A stretch of 64,000 nucleotides of DNA, from positions 21,487 to 85,486 of the IMG/VR virus record IMGVR_UViG_3300031963_000063; one strand, given 5' to 3'. Shown one piece after another: positions 1 to 7,232 of the stretch; positions within the stretch are counted from its first letter, which is position 1; each line of letters opens with the position of its first letter. The notes under the pieces are model-generated. The model was not told where the DNA came from. It searched no databases and worked only from the letters and a program-made list of their open reading frames with translations. Source of the DNA: a virus. A program made the translations under genes and the position numbers.

Positions 1-39
1 GCCAAGTTTAGATTGCTTCTTAAGGTCAGCAAAAGACAT
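1..39 (-). CDS. gp32: Single-stranded DNA-binding protein gp32 (5' end only, runs off window)
   Basis: Reverse strand reads MSFADLKKQSKLG, the typical cyanophage gp32 N-terminus; GAGG RBS upstream; follows gp59 as in T4-like gene order. Confidence 0.85.
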   Translation of the reverse strand, partial: MSFADLKKQSKLG

Positions 40-82
40 TTGGATTACCTCGGATTAATTGGATTCGGGGGATTACTCGGAT

Positions 83-111
83 AGTATAACAGGGTTTCTC
101 TCAACGGTCAA
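83..111 (-). promoter_or_regulatory. Sigma70-type promoter for gp32
   Basis: TTGACC-N17-TATACT on minus strand. Confidence 0.7.
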
Positions 112-433
112 TGTATTTCTTGAGAGATTCAATTGTCTTGTTCATACTATTGAATAAAAATTGCATATCGGTCTCTGGTGGGAATCCCATCAGCGCCACC
201 GACTTGCGTAGTTGCTCTTTCATTTCAACCGCTTCTGGATCGTCTGAAAGGGACAACCTAGTATACATCACTCTCTGCTTTTCTAGCAAGAGCTCAAGTT
301 TCTCAATGTGTTCCAGTTTGGTCTCACGGGGCATTCCACCAAAAGTAAGAATACTTCCGTAAATTTCTTCCTGTAACTTATTGATTTCTTTCAGTTCATC
401 TTGAATAATATCGGAGTCAAAAAAGCTACTCAT
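101..433 (-). CDS. Conserved cyanophage protein (DUF1825-like)
   Basis: FFDSDIIQDEL...LLEKQRVMYTRLSLSDDPEA motif; position between gp59 and gp32. Confidence 0.7.
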   Translation of the reverse strand: MSSFFDSDIIQDELKEINKLQEEIYGSILTFGGMPRETKLEHIEKLELLLEKQRVMYTRLSLSDDPEAVEMKEQLRKSVALMGFPPETDMQFLFNSMNKTIESLKKYIDR

Positions 434-1016
434 CTATGATTTCCCGTAAAATCTTTTTAAATTGGAACACATCAATATTTAGAAACGGATTATATTTCTT
501 GATTTTTAGACTGACGATTTCCCACACCGGGTCCAGCAGTTTCTTATCAAACTTATTCCCGAACAGGAATATTTTATCATAGATCACTAGGGTTTCTAGG
601 CTAATCTTCCCGCTCAGGAACTTCTTAAGAACGGGTGGATGACCTTTGGAACAGTTCAAGGCATCGTCTAATTTTGTCTCCGAGAAGAATTCGTTGCTTT
701 GTTCTTTGAACAAGTATGTCAAACTCTGTTGTCTTCGCATCCAATCTGCGTAAGTCCTTTCTCCAGAATTGATAATTTCTCCAATCCATATTTGATTTAC
801 ACTAGTAGATTCTACAAAATTTGCAACTAAAAAATCAACAACTTCTTTATCAGAATATTTTCTCGACGTTTTTTCGAAAAAATATTTATCACGACGACGA
901 TTAAAAGATGTAATAGTTGCTCTTACTTTTTTGTTATATTTGAAGTAATCATATTTTGGATTTGTGAAATGCGACTTTAATGCGAGATACTCACAATAGA
1001 CTTCAAACGGTGCCAT
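426..1016 (-). CDS. gp59: Helicase loader gp59
   Basis: YLALKSHFT...YDYFKYN N-terminus, ISLETLVI motif, synteny with gp33/gp32. Confidence 0.9.
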   Translation of the reverse strand: MAPFEVYCEYLALKSHFTNPKYDYFKYNKKVRATITSFNRRRDKYFFEKTSRKYSDKEVVDFLVANFVESTSVNQIWIGEIINSGERTYADWMRRQQSLTYLFKEQSNEFFSETKLDDALNCSKGHPPVLKKFLSGKISLETLVIYDKIFLFGNKFDKKLLDPVWEIVSLKIKKYNPFLNIDVFQFKKILREIIDE

Positions 1017-1018
1017 AA

Positions 1019-1495
1019 CTATTTTTTCTTTTCTCTGTGGTATTTTTCCCTCTTATATTTTAGCACATCATCTCTATTTTGTTCATACCATTTTTTATAA
1101 GTTTCTTTTCTTTGTTCTTTTCTTTTTTCTCTATATTGTTTTTGTTTATCTGGATTATCTTTATAATACTGTCTATGATATTTTCTATTCCACTCTTGAA
1201 TATGTTTTTCTCTTTCAGCAAGGTCTCTGGATATTATGTTTCCATCTACACCACCATCCCTTAAATTAATTAGAATGCCTCCGTCACTTTTTCTACCATA
1301 AAGAGAAATAAGCCACTTTTCATATTCGTAACTTTCTTCTTCATTTTCAAATTCTTTAACGATTACTATTCTATCTTTTGGGGGACAGATATTTGCCCCG
1401 CCTCTAATATGAGGTTTATAGCACCTTCTACCAATACCTTTACCAACATAGTAAGGAGTCCTGTCTTCTCTCAAATAGAGATAAACGTAATACAT
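1019..1495 (-). CDS. Free-standing GIY-YIG-type homing endonuclease (start may be 1519)
   Basis: YYVYLYLREDRTPYYVGKG nuclease motif, later E...LIN motif, basic helical C-terminus; inserted between gp33 and gp59 with its own late promoter. Confidence 0.75.
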   Translation of the reverse strand: MYYVYLYLREDRTPYYVGKGIGRRCYKPHIRGGANICPPKDRIVIVKEFENEEESYEYEKWLISLYGRKSDGGILINLRDGGVDGNIISRDLAEREKHIQEWNRKYHRQYYKDNPDKQKQYREKRKEQRKETYKKWYEQNRDDVLKYKREKYHREKKK

Positions 1496-1522
1496 TTCTG
1501 CTCTTAACTTAGGTGACATAAG

Positions 1523-1530
1523 TATTTATA
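1523..1530 (-). promoter_or_regulatory. T4-type late promoter for the GIY-YIG gene
   Basis: TATAAATA on minus strand. Confidence 0.7.
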
Positions 1531-1605
1531 CAAGAAAAGGGCAGCAAGTGCCCCCTTCTCACCTGAAAAGTGTCACCTAAGTCAGGCACTATTATTTATC
1601 TCCCA

Positions 1606-1866
1606 TTATAGAGGCAATCTTGCTCGGGAAGTTTTCTTCATGAAATTGAGACGAGTTGCATCCCACTTAAGTCTTTCTTTTAAAGGTTTTGAAATGAGTT
1701 TAGTAACTGATTCTACCTCAAGACTATTGATTTCACAGTAATGACAAATAGCATCAATATAATTCATATTTTCTGCTGCCACAATATGTTCAATCTCAAG
1801 AGCAAACTTGGAAGGTGTTAAAAACTTATTCTCGATTGCCTGTTCTAGTTCTTTATTTGGTTCCAT
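1606..1866 (-). CDS. gp33: Late promoter transcription co-activator gp33
   Basis: FALEIE...YIDAICHYCEIN...KLISKPLKERLKWDATRLNF; start moved to MEPNKE to limit overlap with the exonuclease. Confidence 0.85.
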   Translation of the reverse strand: MEPNKELEQAIENKFLTPSKFALEIEHIVAAENMNYIDAICHYCEINSLEVESVTKLISKPLKERLKWDATRLNFMKKTSRARLPL

Positions 1867-2533
1867 ATAGTTCCAGTCTATCTCTAACAAACTCTCTAAT
1901 GTATTGGGTGAGGAGTTTGATGTACTTTGATTTGTCTCTTTCTTCATAAACGACGCATTCTCCATTTTCACAAGCCATGATGATTACAAGTTTTTTGACT
2001 GGAATACCAGTCAGTTCGTATAGCATACAACCATATGCCATACACTGAACAAAATAATGTTCAATCCACTCTCGTGGTTTAGGTTTTTTAGAAGTTTTAA
2101 AGTCGATTATTGATAGTTCGCCATCAAACTCGGCAATACAATCTACGGTTCCAGCAATACCTAACTGCTTGCTATAAAGAGAACCTTCAAGAGCATGAAT
2201 ATTATTTATACGACTAAAAGTTGACTTAGAAATCTTGAATAAGAAATCTGAAAGAGGTTGAACTTCTGGAAGATCTTCATTTCTAAGATGATGTTCTGCA
2301 AGAGTGTGCATATCAGTTCCACGACTAGTTGCCTGTCGTGTAATTTTATCTGCTTCTTCCTCTCCAACTTTTTTACGCCAGTTTGCAAAGAATTGACGAT
2401 TTTTGTGACTGGTTACAGACGTAATCGATACGAGTTTTAAGAGTTGATCTTCGTCAGGAACTTTATAATAACGAACACCATCTATAGTTTCTCTCTCAAG
2501 TTGAGGGAGATTCAAATCAACATGATTAAACAT
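1853..2533 (-). CDS. PD-(D/E)XK RecB/Cas4-like exonuclease
   Basis: SITSV, RGTDMH, GIAGTVDC, IIDFKTS, QCMAY motifs; normal neighbour of phoH in cyanomyophages. Confidence 0.85.
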   Translation of the reverse strand: MFNHVDLNLPQLERETIDGVRYYKVPDEDQLLKLVSITSVTSHKNRQFFANWRKKVGEEEADKITRQATSRGTDMHTLAEHHLRNEDLPEVQPLSDFLFKISKSTFSRINNIHALEGSLYSKQLGIAGTVDCIAEFDGELSIIDFKTSKKPKPREWIEHYFVQCMAYGCMLYELTGIPVKKLVIIMACENGECVVYEERDKSKYIKLLTQYIREFVRDRLELYGTK

Positions 2534-3291
2534 CAAAAACCTGCTTCCATTTTTGCCATAATGTATTCTTTAACAAGTCCAGAACGAACAATGTCTTCTA
2601 CACCAAATTCAATTATATCAAAAGATGGCATTTTACGCAATACAGTCATAAAATCTACAATACCATTTCGTTCGTTAGTCTTCTGTAAGTCTGACTGAGA
2701 TGCATCACCACAGAAGCAAATTTTGGTATTTTCACCAACACGAGTGATAATAGAATCCAATTCGTGGAAGTTTAGGTTTTGAAACTCATCTACAATAATA
2801 ATTGCATTATCAAGAGTTGTACCACGCAAAAATGAAGTGGACCAGAACTTGATGGTTTCTTGTGATTTGAGATTTCCATAGAGCATCTCGAAGTCTGCAT
2901 CAGAGGGCATCTGGAACATATACTTCACCATATTCTTATAAGGAATCTGGTAAATATCTGCCTTATCATCGTGAGTACCAGGCAGGAATCCAATCTCTCT
3001 TGTGGCGACTAAAGAACGAACAAGATAGATTCTCTCGTAAGGTGATTGCTCATCAAGAACATCTTGAAGTGCATTATAAAGTGTAATAAATGTTTTACCT
3101 GTTCCCGCACAACCATAAGCAACAATATGCTTGTCGTCATTATAAGATTCAAAAAACTTTTTTTGATTTTCAGTAATTGGTTCAATATCAATTAGATATT
3201 CTGCACTCAGAGGTTTTCTCCTCTTCATTTGTTTTGCTGTCAGACCAACTCCGATTGGTTGGTCAATAGATCCTCTTTTCCGTCTTGCCAT
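2533..3291 (-). CDS. phoH: PhoH-family ATPase
   Basis: GCAGTGKT Walker A, IGFLPG, FLRGTT, IVDEFQN, GDASQSD. Confidence 0.95.
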   Translation of the reverse strand: MARRKRGSIDQPIGVGLTAKQMKRRKPLSAEYLIDIEPITENQKKFFESYNDDKHIVAYGCAGTGKTFITLYNALQDVLDEQSPYERIYLVRSLVATREIGFLPGTHDDKADIYQIPYKNMVKYMFQMPSDADFEMLYGNLKSQETIKFWSTSFLRGTTLDNAIIIVDEFQNLNFHELDSIITRVGENTKICFCGDASQSDLQKTNERNGIVDFMTVLRKMPSFDIIEFGVEDIVRSGLVKEYIMAKMEAGF

Positions 3292-3539
3292 TAGATTTTC
3301 TTTACTCGTGAACCAGGTGCTTTTGATGCTTTTCCAAGAACATCATTCCAACCAGGATGTTTAGAAATTAATTTGTTTTGCCATTCACCAACCTCTCCAG
3401 GAGAAGGACAAGTTGATGGATCGGACCAATCACGGATCCAATCTGGGTTATCTTTTTTCCACTGGTCCCAATCGTGGATGCTCATTTCCACTTCTTTTTG
3501 TTCACCAGTTTTTGTATTCACTACGGGGTACGTTGGCAT
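3291..3539 (-). CDS. Conserved cyanophage hypothetical protein
   Basis: MPTYPV...GWNDVL; translationally coupled to phoH. Confidence 0.7.
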   Translation of the reverse strand: MPTYPVVNTKTGEQKEVEMSIHDWDQWKKDNPDWIRDWSDPSTCPSPGEVGEWQNKLISKHPGWNDVLGKASKAPGSRVKKI

Positions 3540-3563
3540 TGTTAGAAATTCAAGATAATTTAT

Positions 3564-4199
3564 TTAGATCCACTCAAGGGCGTCTGATACCGTTGGAAAT
3601 TGTTCGATAAACACTTTCTTACAATCAAGTGCAATATCCATATGCTCTCTCTGAGTTCCATTTGCAGAACGAAGATTGATATAATGTATCCATGACCTGC
3701 ATGATCCACTCATATAGATGCGTGTGGGGGTCGCCAAGGGCAATACAAATCTTGCACACTCCTTTGCCACCTCAGCATCTAGAAGTTGCTTGTAGAGTTC
3801 CATACCTGCCTTAAAATGGTCATTGATCTTCAACCACAAGTCTGCTTTTAGTTCTTCAGGAAGATCATTAGTGGAATTCTGACGATTCTTGGTGTCCTGA
3901 CGACGAAGTTCTGGTACAGGAATTTCCTCACCTAGCAAAGAAGAATCTGCATAACGTTGTGAAAATTCTTGGTATGTAAAACTCCTGTGTCGTAAAATTT
4001 GTGCTGCGATGCCACGATTTGTTTCGATCTCAAGAGTCATAAAAGACTGCTCAAAAACAGACCAATGATTATGCTTAATACAATAAGCAAGCAACTTGGC
4101 ATAGTTTTCGTTGTCTTGATTCGCAGGGTTGCTAACTCTAGCAACATACGCCATTGTTTTTTCTGCATCGGGTGTCACACTGATGAGTTTTACTGTCAT
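3564..4199 (-). CDS. thyX: FAD-dependent thymidylate synthase
   Basis: HWSVFE, RHRSFTYQEFSQRY, ECARFVLP motifs. Confidence 0.95.
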   Translation of the reverse strand: MTVKLISVTPDAEKTMAYVARVSNPANQDNENYAKLLAYCIKHNHWSVFEQSFMTLEIETNRGIAAQILRHRSFTYQEFSQRYADSSLLGEEIPVPELRRQDTKNRQNSTNDLPEELKADLWLKINDHFKAGMELYKQLLDAEVAKECARFVLPLATPTRIYMSGSCRSWIHYINLRSANGTQREHMDIALDCKKVFIEQFPTVSDALEWI

Positions 4200-4363
4200 T
4201 TCTTTCCAAATCCTTTTGATGTTTTTGCTTCCAGTTCTGCAAGTTCTTTCTTTACTGCTTGCAGTTGTTGTTTCATTTCTACAATTCTTTCTTCAGTATA
4301 AAGGTGATCTTGCTTGACAAGTCTTTCAAGCAATTTCACGAGTTCTCGTGCTCTACTAGTCAT
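4196..4363 (-). CDS. Small hypothetical protein (55 aa, MTSRARELVK...KGFGKK)
   Basis: Translated by hand; ATGA overlap with thyX; below the ORF-track cutoff. Confidence 0.65.
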   Translation of the reverse strand: MTSRARELVKLLERLVKQDHLYTEERIVEMKQQLQAVKKELAELEAKTSKGFGKK

Positions 4364-4532
4364 CTAAATCAGAATCCTCAAAAATTTCATCGTAATCTAA
4401 AATTGGTCTGTTTCTGACTTCTGGTTCAGTATATTTACTGTATGCAGAAACATCAGAATACACTTCTGCTTTGAGAGAATCAACTAAGAGTTCTAGATTA
4501 CGAACAATGAGTTTTAGTTTGTCTTTATCCAT
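4356..4532 (-). CDS. Small hypothetical protein (58 aa, MDKDKLKLIVRNLELLVDSLKAEVYSD...)
   Basis: Translated by hand; overlaps the next ORF; acidic tail. Confidence 0.65.
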   Translation of the reverse strand: MDKDKLKLIVRNLELLVDSLKAEVYSDVSAYSKYTEPEVRNRPILDYDEIFEDSDLDD

Positions 4533-4562
4533 AAGATATCATTCTCTCAAAGCATTTTATCA

Positions 4563-4590
4563 TAAAAAAAGGAGGGGATCAACCCCTCCT
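4563..4590 (-). terminator. Rho-independent terminator of the riboswitch operon
   Basis: GGAGGGG/CCCCTCC hairpin followed by T7 on minus strand. Confidence 0.8.
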
Positions 4591-4597
4591 TAAAAAT

Positions 4598-4684
4598 TTA
4601 CTTATAAATCCACTGAATGTACGTTGATAACAATATCGTCATTAACGCAATTGCAGCAGTTGAAGAAATTAGAAATTGTACCAT
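4598..4684 (-). CDS. 28-aa hydrophobic peptide (MVQFLISSTAAIALMTILLSTYIQWIYK)
   Basis: TGATG coupling to upstream ORF; single TM-like segment. Confidence 0.5.
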   Translation of the reverse strand: MVQFLISSTAAIALMTILLSTYIQWIYK

Positions 4685-4782
4685 CACTTTGCTCCAACTA
4701 GTTGTGCTAGTTGTGCTTGATGACGACGATCTTCTTTTTGTTTTTGTTCTTTAATAAGTTGTAGGAAGTTAAGTTTTTTCAC
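4684..4782 (-). CDS. 32-aa basic helical peptide (MKKLNFLQLIKEQKQKEDRRHQAQLAQLVGAK)
   Basis: GTG start overlapping the stop of the DUF4278-like ORF (GTGA), GGAGG RBS. Confidence 0.6.
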   Translation of the reverse strand: MKKLNFLQLIKEQKQKEDRRHQAQLAQLVGAK

Positions 4783-4937
4783 TTCTGCACCTCCGCATTT
4801 CTGCAAGGACGGTATGCTACTCCACGATATGTGTTTTGTGGATGAGCAGGAGCGTGTGTTTGGTTATACCATGACACATACTCTTTCTTTGCATTTTCGG
4901 TGTCGTACTGACAACCTCTATAAACGACTTTAGACAT
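4779..4937 (-). CDS. DUF4278-like (YRG-motif) small protein, 52 aa
   Basis: MSKVVYRGCQYD...NTYRGVAYRP: two YRGxxY motifs; AAGGAG RBS; directly downstream of glutamine-aptamer-like RNA. Confidence 0.75.
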   Translation of the reverse strand: MSKVVYRGCQYDTENAKKEYVSWYNQTHAPAHPQNTYRGVAYRPCRNAEVQK

Positions 4938-4968
4938 TAGGTTTTCTCCTTAATTTTGAGGCTAAAGA

Positions 4969-5138
4969 GCGTTCCTTCAGTCGGCTTTTGCGTCTATGGG
5001 ACAAGTTTTTGGAGAGACTTGTTTAATCTCCCAAATTAAATCATTCTTTGCTTGTTTGGGAATATCTACTGTGTAAATTCTCCCAACCATTAATTGTGCC
5101 TGTAAGCAAGTTAAAATGATTGCTTCCATAGATGAACG
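4969..5138 (-). ncRNA. glnA-type glutamine riboswitch aptamer 2 (P2 loop expanded by an ORF)
   Basis: CGTTCA-TCTATGG...CCATAGA-CGCAAAAGCCGACTGAAGGAACGC; P1 CGTTC/GAACG and 7-bp P2 pair. Confidence 0.7.
4977..5129 (-). CDS. 50-aa two-Cys protein nested in aptamer 2 (MEAIILTCLQAQLM...KTCPIDAKAD)
   Basis: Translated by hand; ATG lies in P2 5' strand, and the C-terminal codons and stop are the aptamer core. Confidence 0.65.
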   Translation of the reverse strand: MEAIILTCLQAQLMVGRIYTVDIPKQAKNDLIWEIKQVSPKTCPIDAKAD

Positions 5139-5394
5139 TTCCGTTCCGAGTCGGCTTACTTCCGTCCTATTTAATTTTTAGCACTTTATAATTACGTCTT
5201 TTCGCAATTCTAATAGCAATCGGTCTTCAATCTTTTGGTGAACAACATCGTCGTTTTTAACGATGTCCATTAGTTCCCACGCTGCATTACAACTTATTGT
5301 GACTGGATATTCAGTTTTGATAAGTTGTGGTGAAGCAACAGAAAGAAGTGGAACCCATGCTAAAAGCAAAAGTGCTTTAGTCATAGGATGAACG
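5137..5394 (-). ncRNA. glnA-type glutamine riboswitch aptamer 1 (P2 loop expanded by an ORF)
   Basis: CGTTCA-TCCTAT...ATAGGA-CGGAAGTAAGCCGACTCGGAACGGAACG; conserved GGAAGTAAG junction, P1 and P2 pairing. Confidence 0.7.
5178..5384 (-). CDS. 68-aa two-Cys protein with signal-peptide-like N-terminus, nested in aptamer 1
   Basis: ORF track; hydrophobic N-terminus; resembles the 4977-5129 product. Confidence 0.7.
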   Translation of the reverse strand: MTKALLLLAWVPLLSVASPQLIKTEYPVTISCNAAWELMDIVKNDDVVHQKIEDRLLLELRKDVIIKC

Positions 5395-5441
5395 TTAGGG
5401 GATTATTATACCCCTATTCATAGTATATAGGTAGTTTTGTG

Positions 5442-5457
5442 TGTATTTCCTGATACA
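5442..5457. promoter_or_regulatory. NtcA binding site
   Basis: TGTA-TTTCCTGA-TACA = TGTA-N8-TACA, 15 nt upstream of a minus-strand TATACT -10 (5422-5427). Confidence 0.7.
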
Positions 5458-5517
5458 ATTTTAAAAAACTTTAGAAACCAAAAATTTTGCCGGAAAAATT
5501 TCCCCCTATTTGGGGAA

Positions 5518-5871
5518 TCACTTCCTCTTTTTGGTTTTCGGTGCTTGATAACCCCACAGTTTAGGATTGATTCTACCATAACCAAAGTCAATACTCTTCA
5601 AATTCTCACGAAACTTATCCCAGTACATATCAAACAATTTAGATCTCGTACCTCTTGTGAGATCAAAACAAATATTTTCTTCTACAAAATACTTGACAAT
5701 ATAAGCATCATTTGGTGCTTCTTTAGTGCAAACTTCAGCATACGAACCATTTTCAATCAGAACATCACACCCATAACGTGCTTTGCAATTCTCTTTTTCT
5801 GCTGGTGTCCAATAATCCATATGCTTTTCCGTATTGTGGGGTTTTTCAACTACATCACGAACTTGACTCAT
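5518..5871 (-). CDS. Conserved cyanophage hypothetical protein
   Basis: ORF track (start trimmed to MSQVRD); FDMYWDKF...GRINPKLW. Confidence 0.65.
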   Translation of the reverse strand: MSQVRDVVEKPHNTEKHMDYWTPAEKENCKARYGCDVLIENGSYAEVCTKEAPNDAYIVKYFVEENICFDLTRGTRSKLFDMYWDKFRENLKSIDFGYGRINPKLWGYQAPKTKKRK

Positions 5872-6467
5872 GAACGACCTCCCCACCTAATTTGAGGAAA
5901 TGCTTCTGAAACAATTTCTTTTGTAATTTTATATTTTTCTTGCAGTTTTTTGTCTTTAACCAGGCAAATAATTTCTGCTTCAAGAGGATGAAGACCTTGT
6001 AAAAGATTAATAAACATTGACTCACGCCGAATAGCACTCATACTATCGTTACCACCTTTGATAAAATGATAGAAGTGCTTGAACTCTTTACGAATTGTGG
6101 TTCTTGCTTGAGTATCAGATACTCCTAGAGAGAAAGAACCTGATTCATACATGGCACGAATCTCTTCTGTAATCTTAGTTGAAAGAGTTCCACTATGAAC
6201 GGTCTGATCATCATAACTTGAATAAGGAACTGGTCCATCAGGAAGCATCGTGATGATAGATTCATCAAAATTCCAAATCAAAAGAGCCCGAATTGAATCG
6301 TGGTTATATTTCTGAAGTAATTCTACTTTCTTTTCTTTAGATCTTTGTTTTGAGATTAAATCAAAAATTTCAAAAGCAAGAGGATTATTGGGAAGTTCTA
6401 CAATAGGAGTTTCTTTTACTGCCTTTGTTTTACTCGTCGTTGTCTTCTTCTGTGTCGTCGTAGTCAT
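5868..6467 (-). CDS. Conserved T4-like hypothetical protein
   Basis: LPDGPVPY...RRESMFINLLQGLHPLEAE motif; start trimmed to MTTTTQKK. Confidence 0.7.
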   Translation of the reverse strand: MTTTTQKKTTTSKTKAVKETPIVELPNNPLAFEIFDLISKQRSKEKKVELLQKYNHDSIRALLIWNFDESIITMLPDGPVPYSSYDDQTVHSGTLSTKITEEIRAMYESGSFSLGVSDTQARTTIRKEFKHFYHFIKGGNDSMSAIRRESMFINLLQGLHPLEAEIICLVKDKKLQEKYKITKEIVSEAFPQIRWGGRS

Positions 6468-6660
6468 GATAGTTCTCAAAATTAAATGCAATCACCTCAT
6501 CTGGAATCAGGTTACCCTGGTTATCAAACATCTCGGGGTGAGGTCTTGGAATTTCCCGATAGTTCATCATATATTCTCGTGCTACCCAACCCGCCATTAC
6601 TCCCACTATAAGAAACAAAACGGTTAGAAAGGAACCGAAAACTAAACTAACTGCGAGCAT
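6430..6660 (-). CDS. Small membrane protein
   Basis: N-terminal TM, HPEMFD motif, acidic tail. Confidence 0.65.
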   Translation of the reverse strand: MLAVSLVFGSFLTVLFLIVGVMAGWVAREYMMNYREIPRPHPEMFDNQGNLIPDEVIAFNFENYHDYDDTEEDNDE

Positions 6661-6901
6661 TTCTTTTACCTCGGGAAACTACTTTTCTTTTCCTGGACTT
6701 AAAGGAAAATTCAAAATAGATGGTTACTTCCCGATTGAGAAAGCAAACCATCTTCTCAAAGATGAAGATGATGTGGAACGGTTGAGTCTGCTTTCTTTTG
6801 CCTCCATGAAGAATAAGTTCAACACCACGATTTCTATGGTTGGAATTATTTATGTCACTGTTTAATGATTTGTTGTTCTTTGAGGAATTTGATTGTGTCA
6901 A
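6647..6901 (-). CDS. Hypothetical protein (start uncertain)
   Basis: ORF track; fills the gap between glutaredoxin and the next gene. Confidence 0.4.
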   Translation of the reverse strand: MTQSNSSKNNKSLNSDINNSNHRNRGVELILHGGKRKQTQPFHIIFIFEKMVCFLNREVTIYFEFSFKSRKRKVVSRGKRNARS

Positions 6902-7097
6902 CGGATCCTCCTAATTTTTTATCATCACAAATAACTTGTGGAAATGTAGAACCTTCACCAAATTCAGAATAAAATTCTTCTTTAGTAAAGTGTTCATTAA
7001 GATTATATACCACAAAGCTACTTCCTGTCAATTCCAATACTTGCTTAACTTTATAGCAATATGGACAATCTTCTTTTGAATAGACTGTAAAATTCAT
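6855..7097 (-). CDS. nrdC: Glutaredoxin
   Basis: CPYC active site, TFPQV, GG motif. Confidence 0.9.
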   Translation of the reverse strand: MNFTVYSKEDCPYCYKVKQVLELTGSSFVVYNLNEHFTKEEFYSEFGEGSTFPQVICDDKKLGGSVDTIKFLKEQQIIKQ

Positions 7098-7130
7098 AAT
7101 TTTTTGACGACTTATATTAATTTATAAGAG

Positions 7131-7155
7131 AAAAAAGGAGGGTTTAAACCCTCCT
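7131..7155 (-). terminator. Rho-independent terminator
   Basis: AGGAGGG-TTTAAA-CCCTCCT followed by a T run. Confidence 0.8.
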
Positions 7156-7227
7156 ACTAACCACCAACTCACCTCTCCCACCACAGAGAGGGTCTTCATT
7201 CCCAAAGATACAAGGATGTTGAAGACT
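7131..7227 (-). ncRNA. Candidate ~95-nt small RNA
   Basis: Between a consensus promoter and a terminator; hairpins GTCTTCA/TGAAGAC and CCTCTC/GAGAGG; no convincing ORF. Confidence 0.55.
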
Positions 7228-7232
7228 TGATT

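Noticed and set aside
1853-2533. Cas4-like nuclease as evidence of a CRISPR system
   Set aside because: It is the usual stand-alone exonuclease beside phoH in T4-like cyanophages; no other cas genes or array are present
3291-3563. Pho box upstream of phoH
   Set aside because: No convincing direct repeat; phoH is translationally coupled within a core operon
5437-5895. 152-aa plus-strand ORF next to the NtcA box
   Set aside because: It lies antisense to a conserved minus-strand gene and has no recognisable features; the box is better explained by the minus-strand operon
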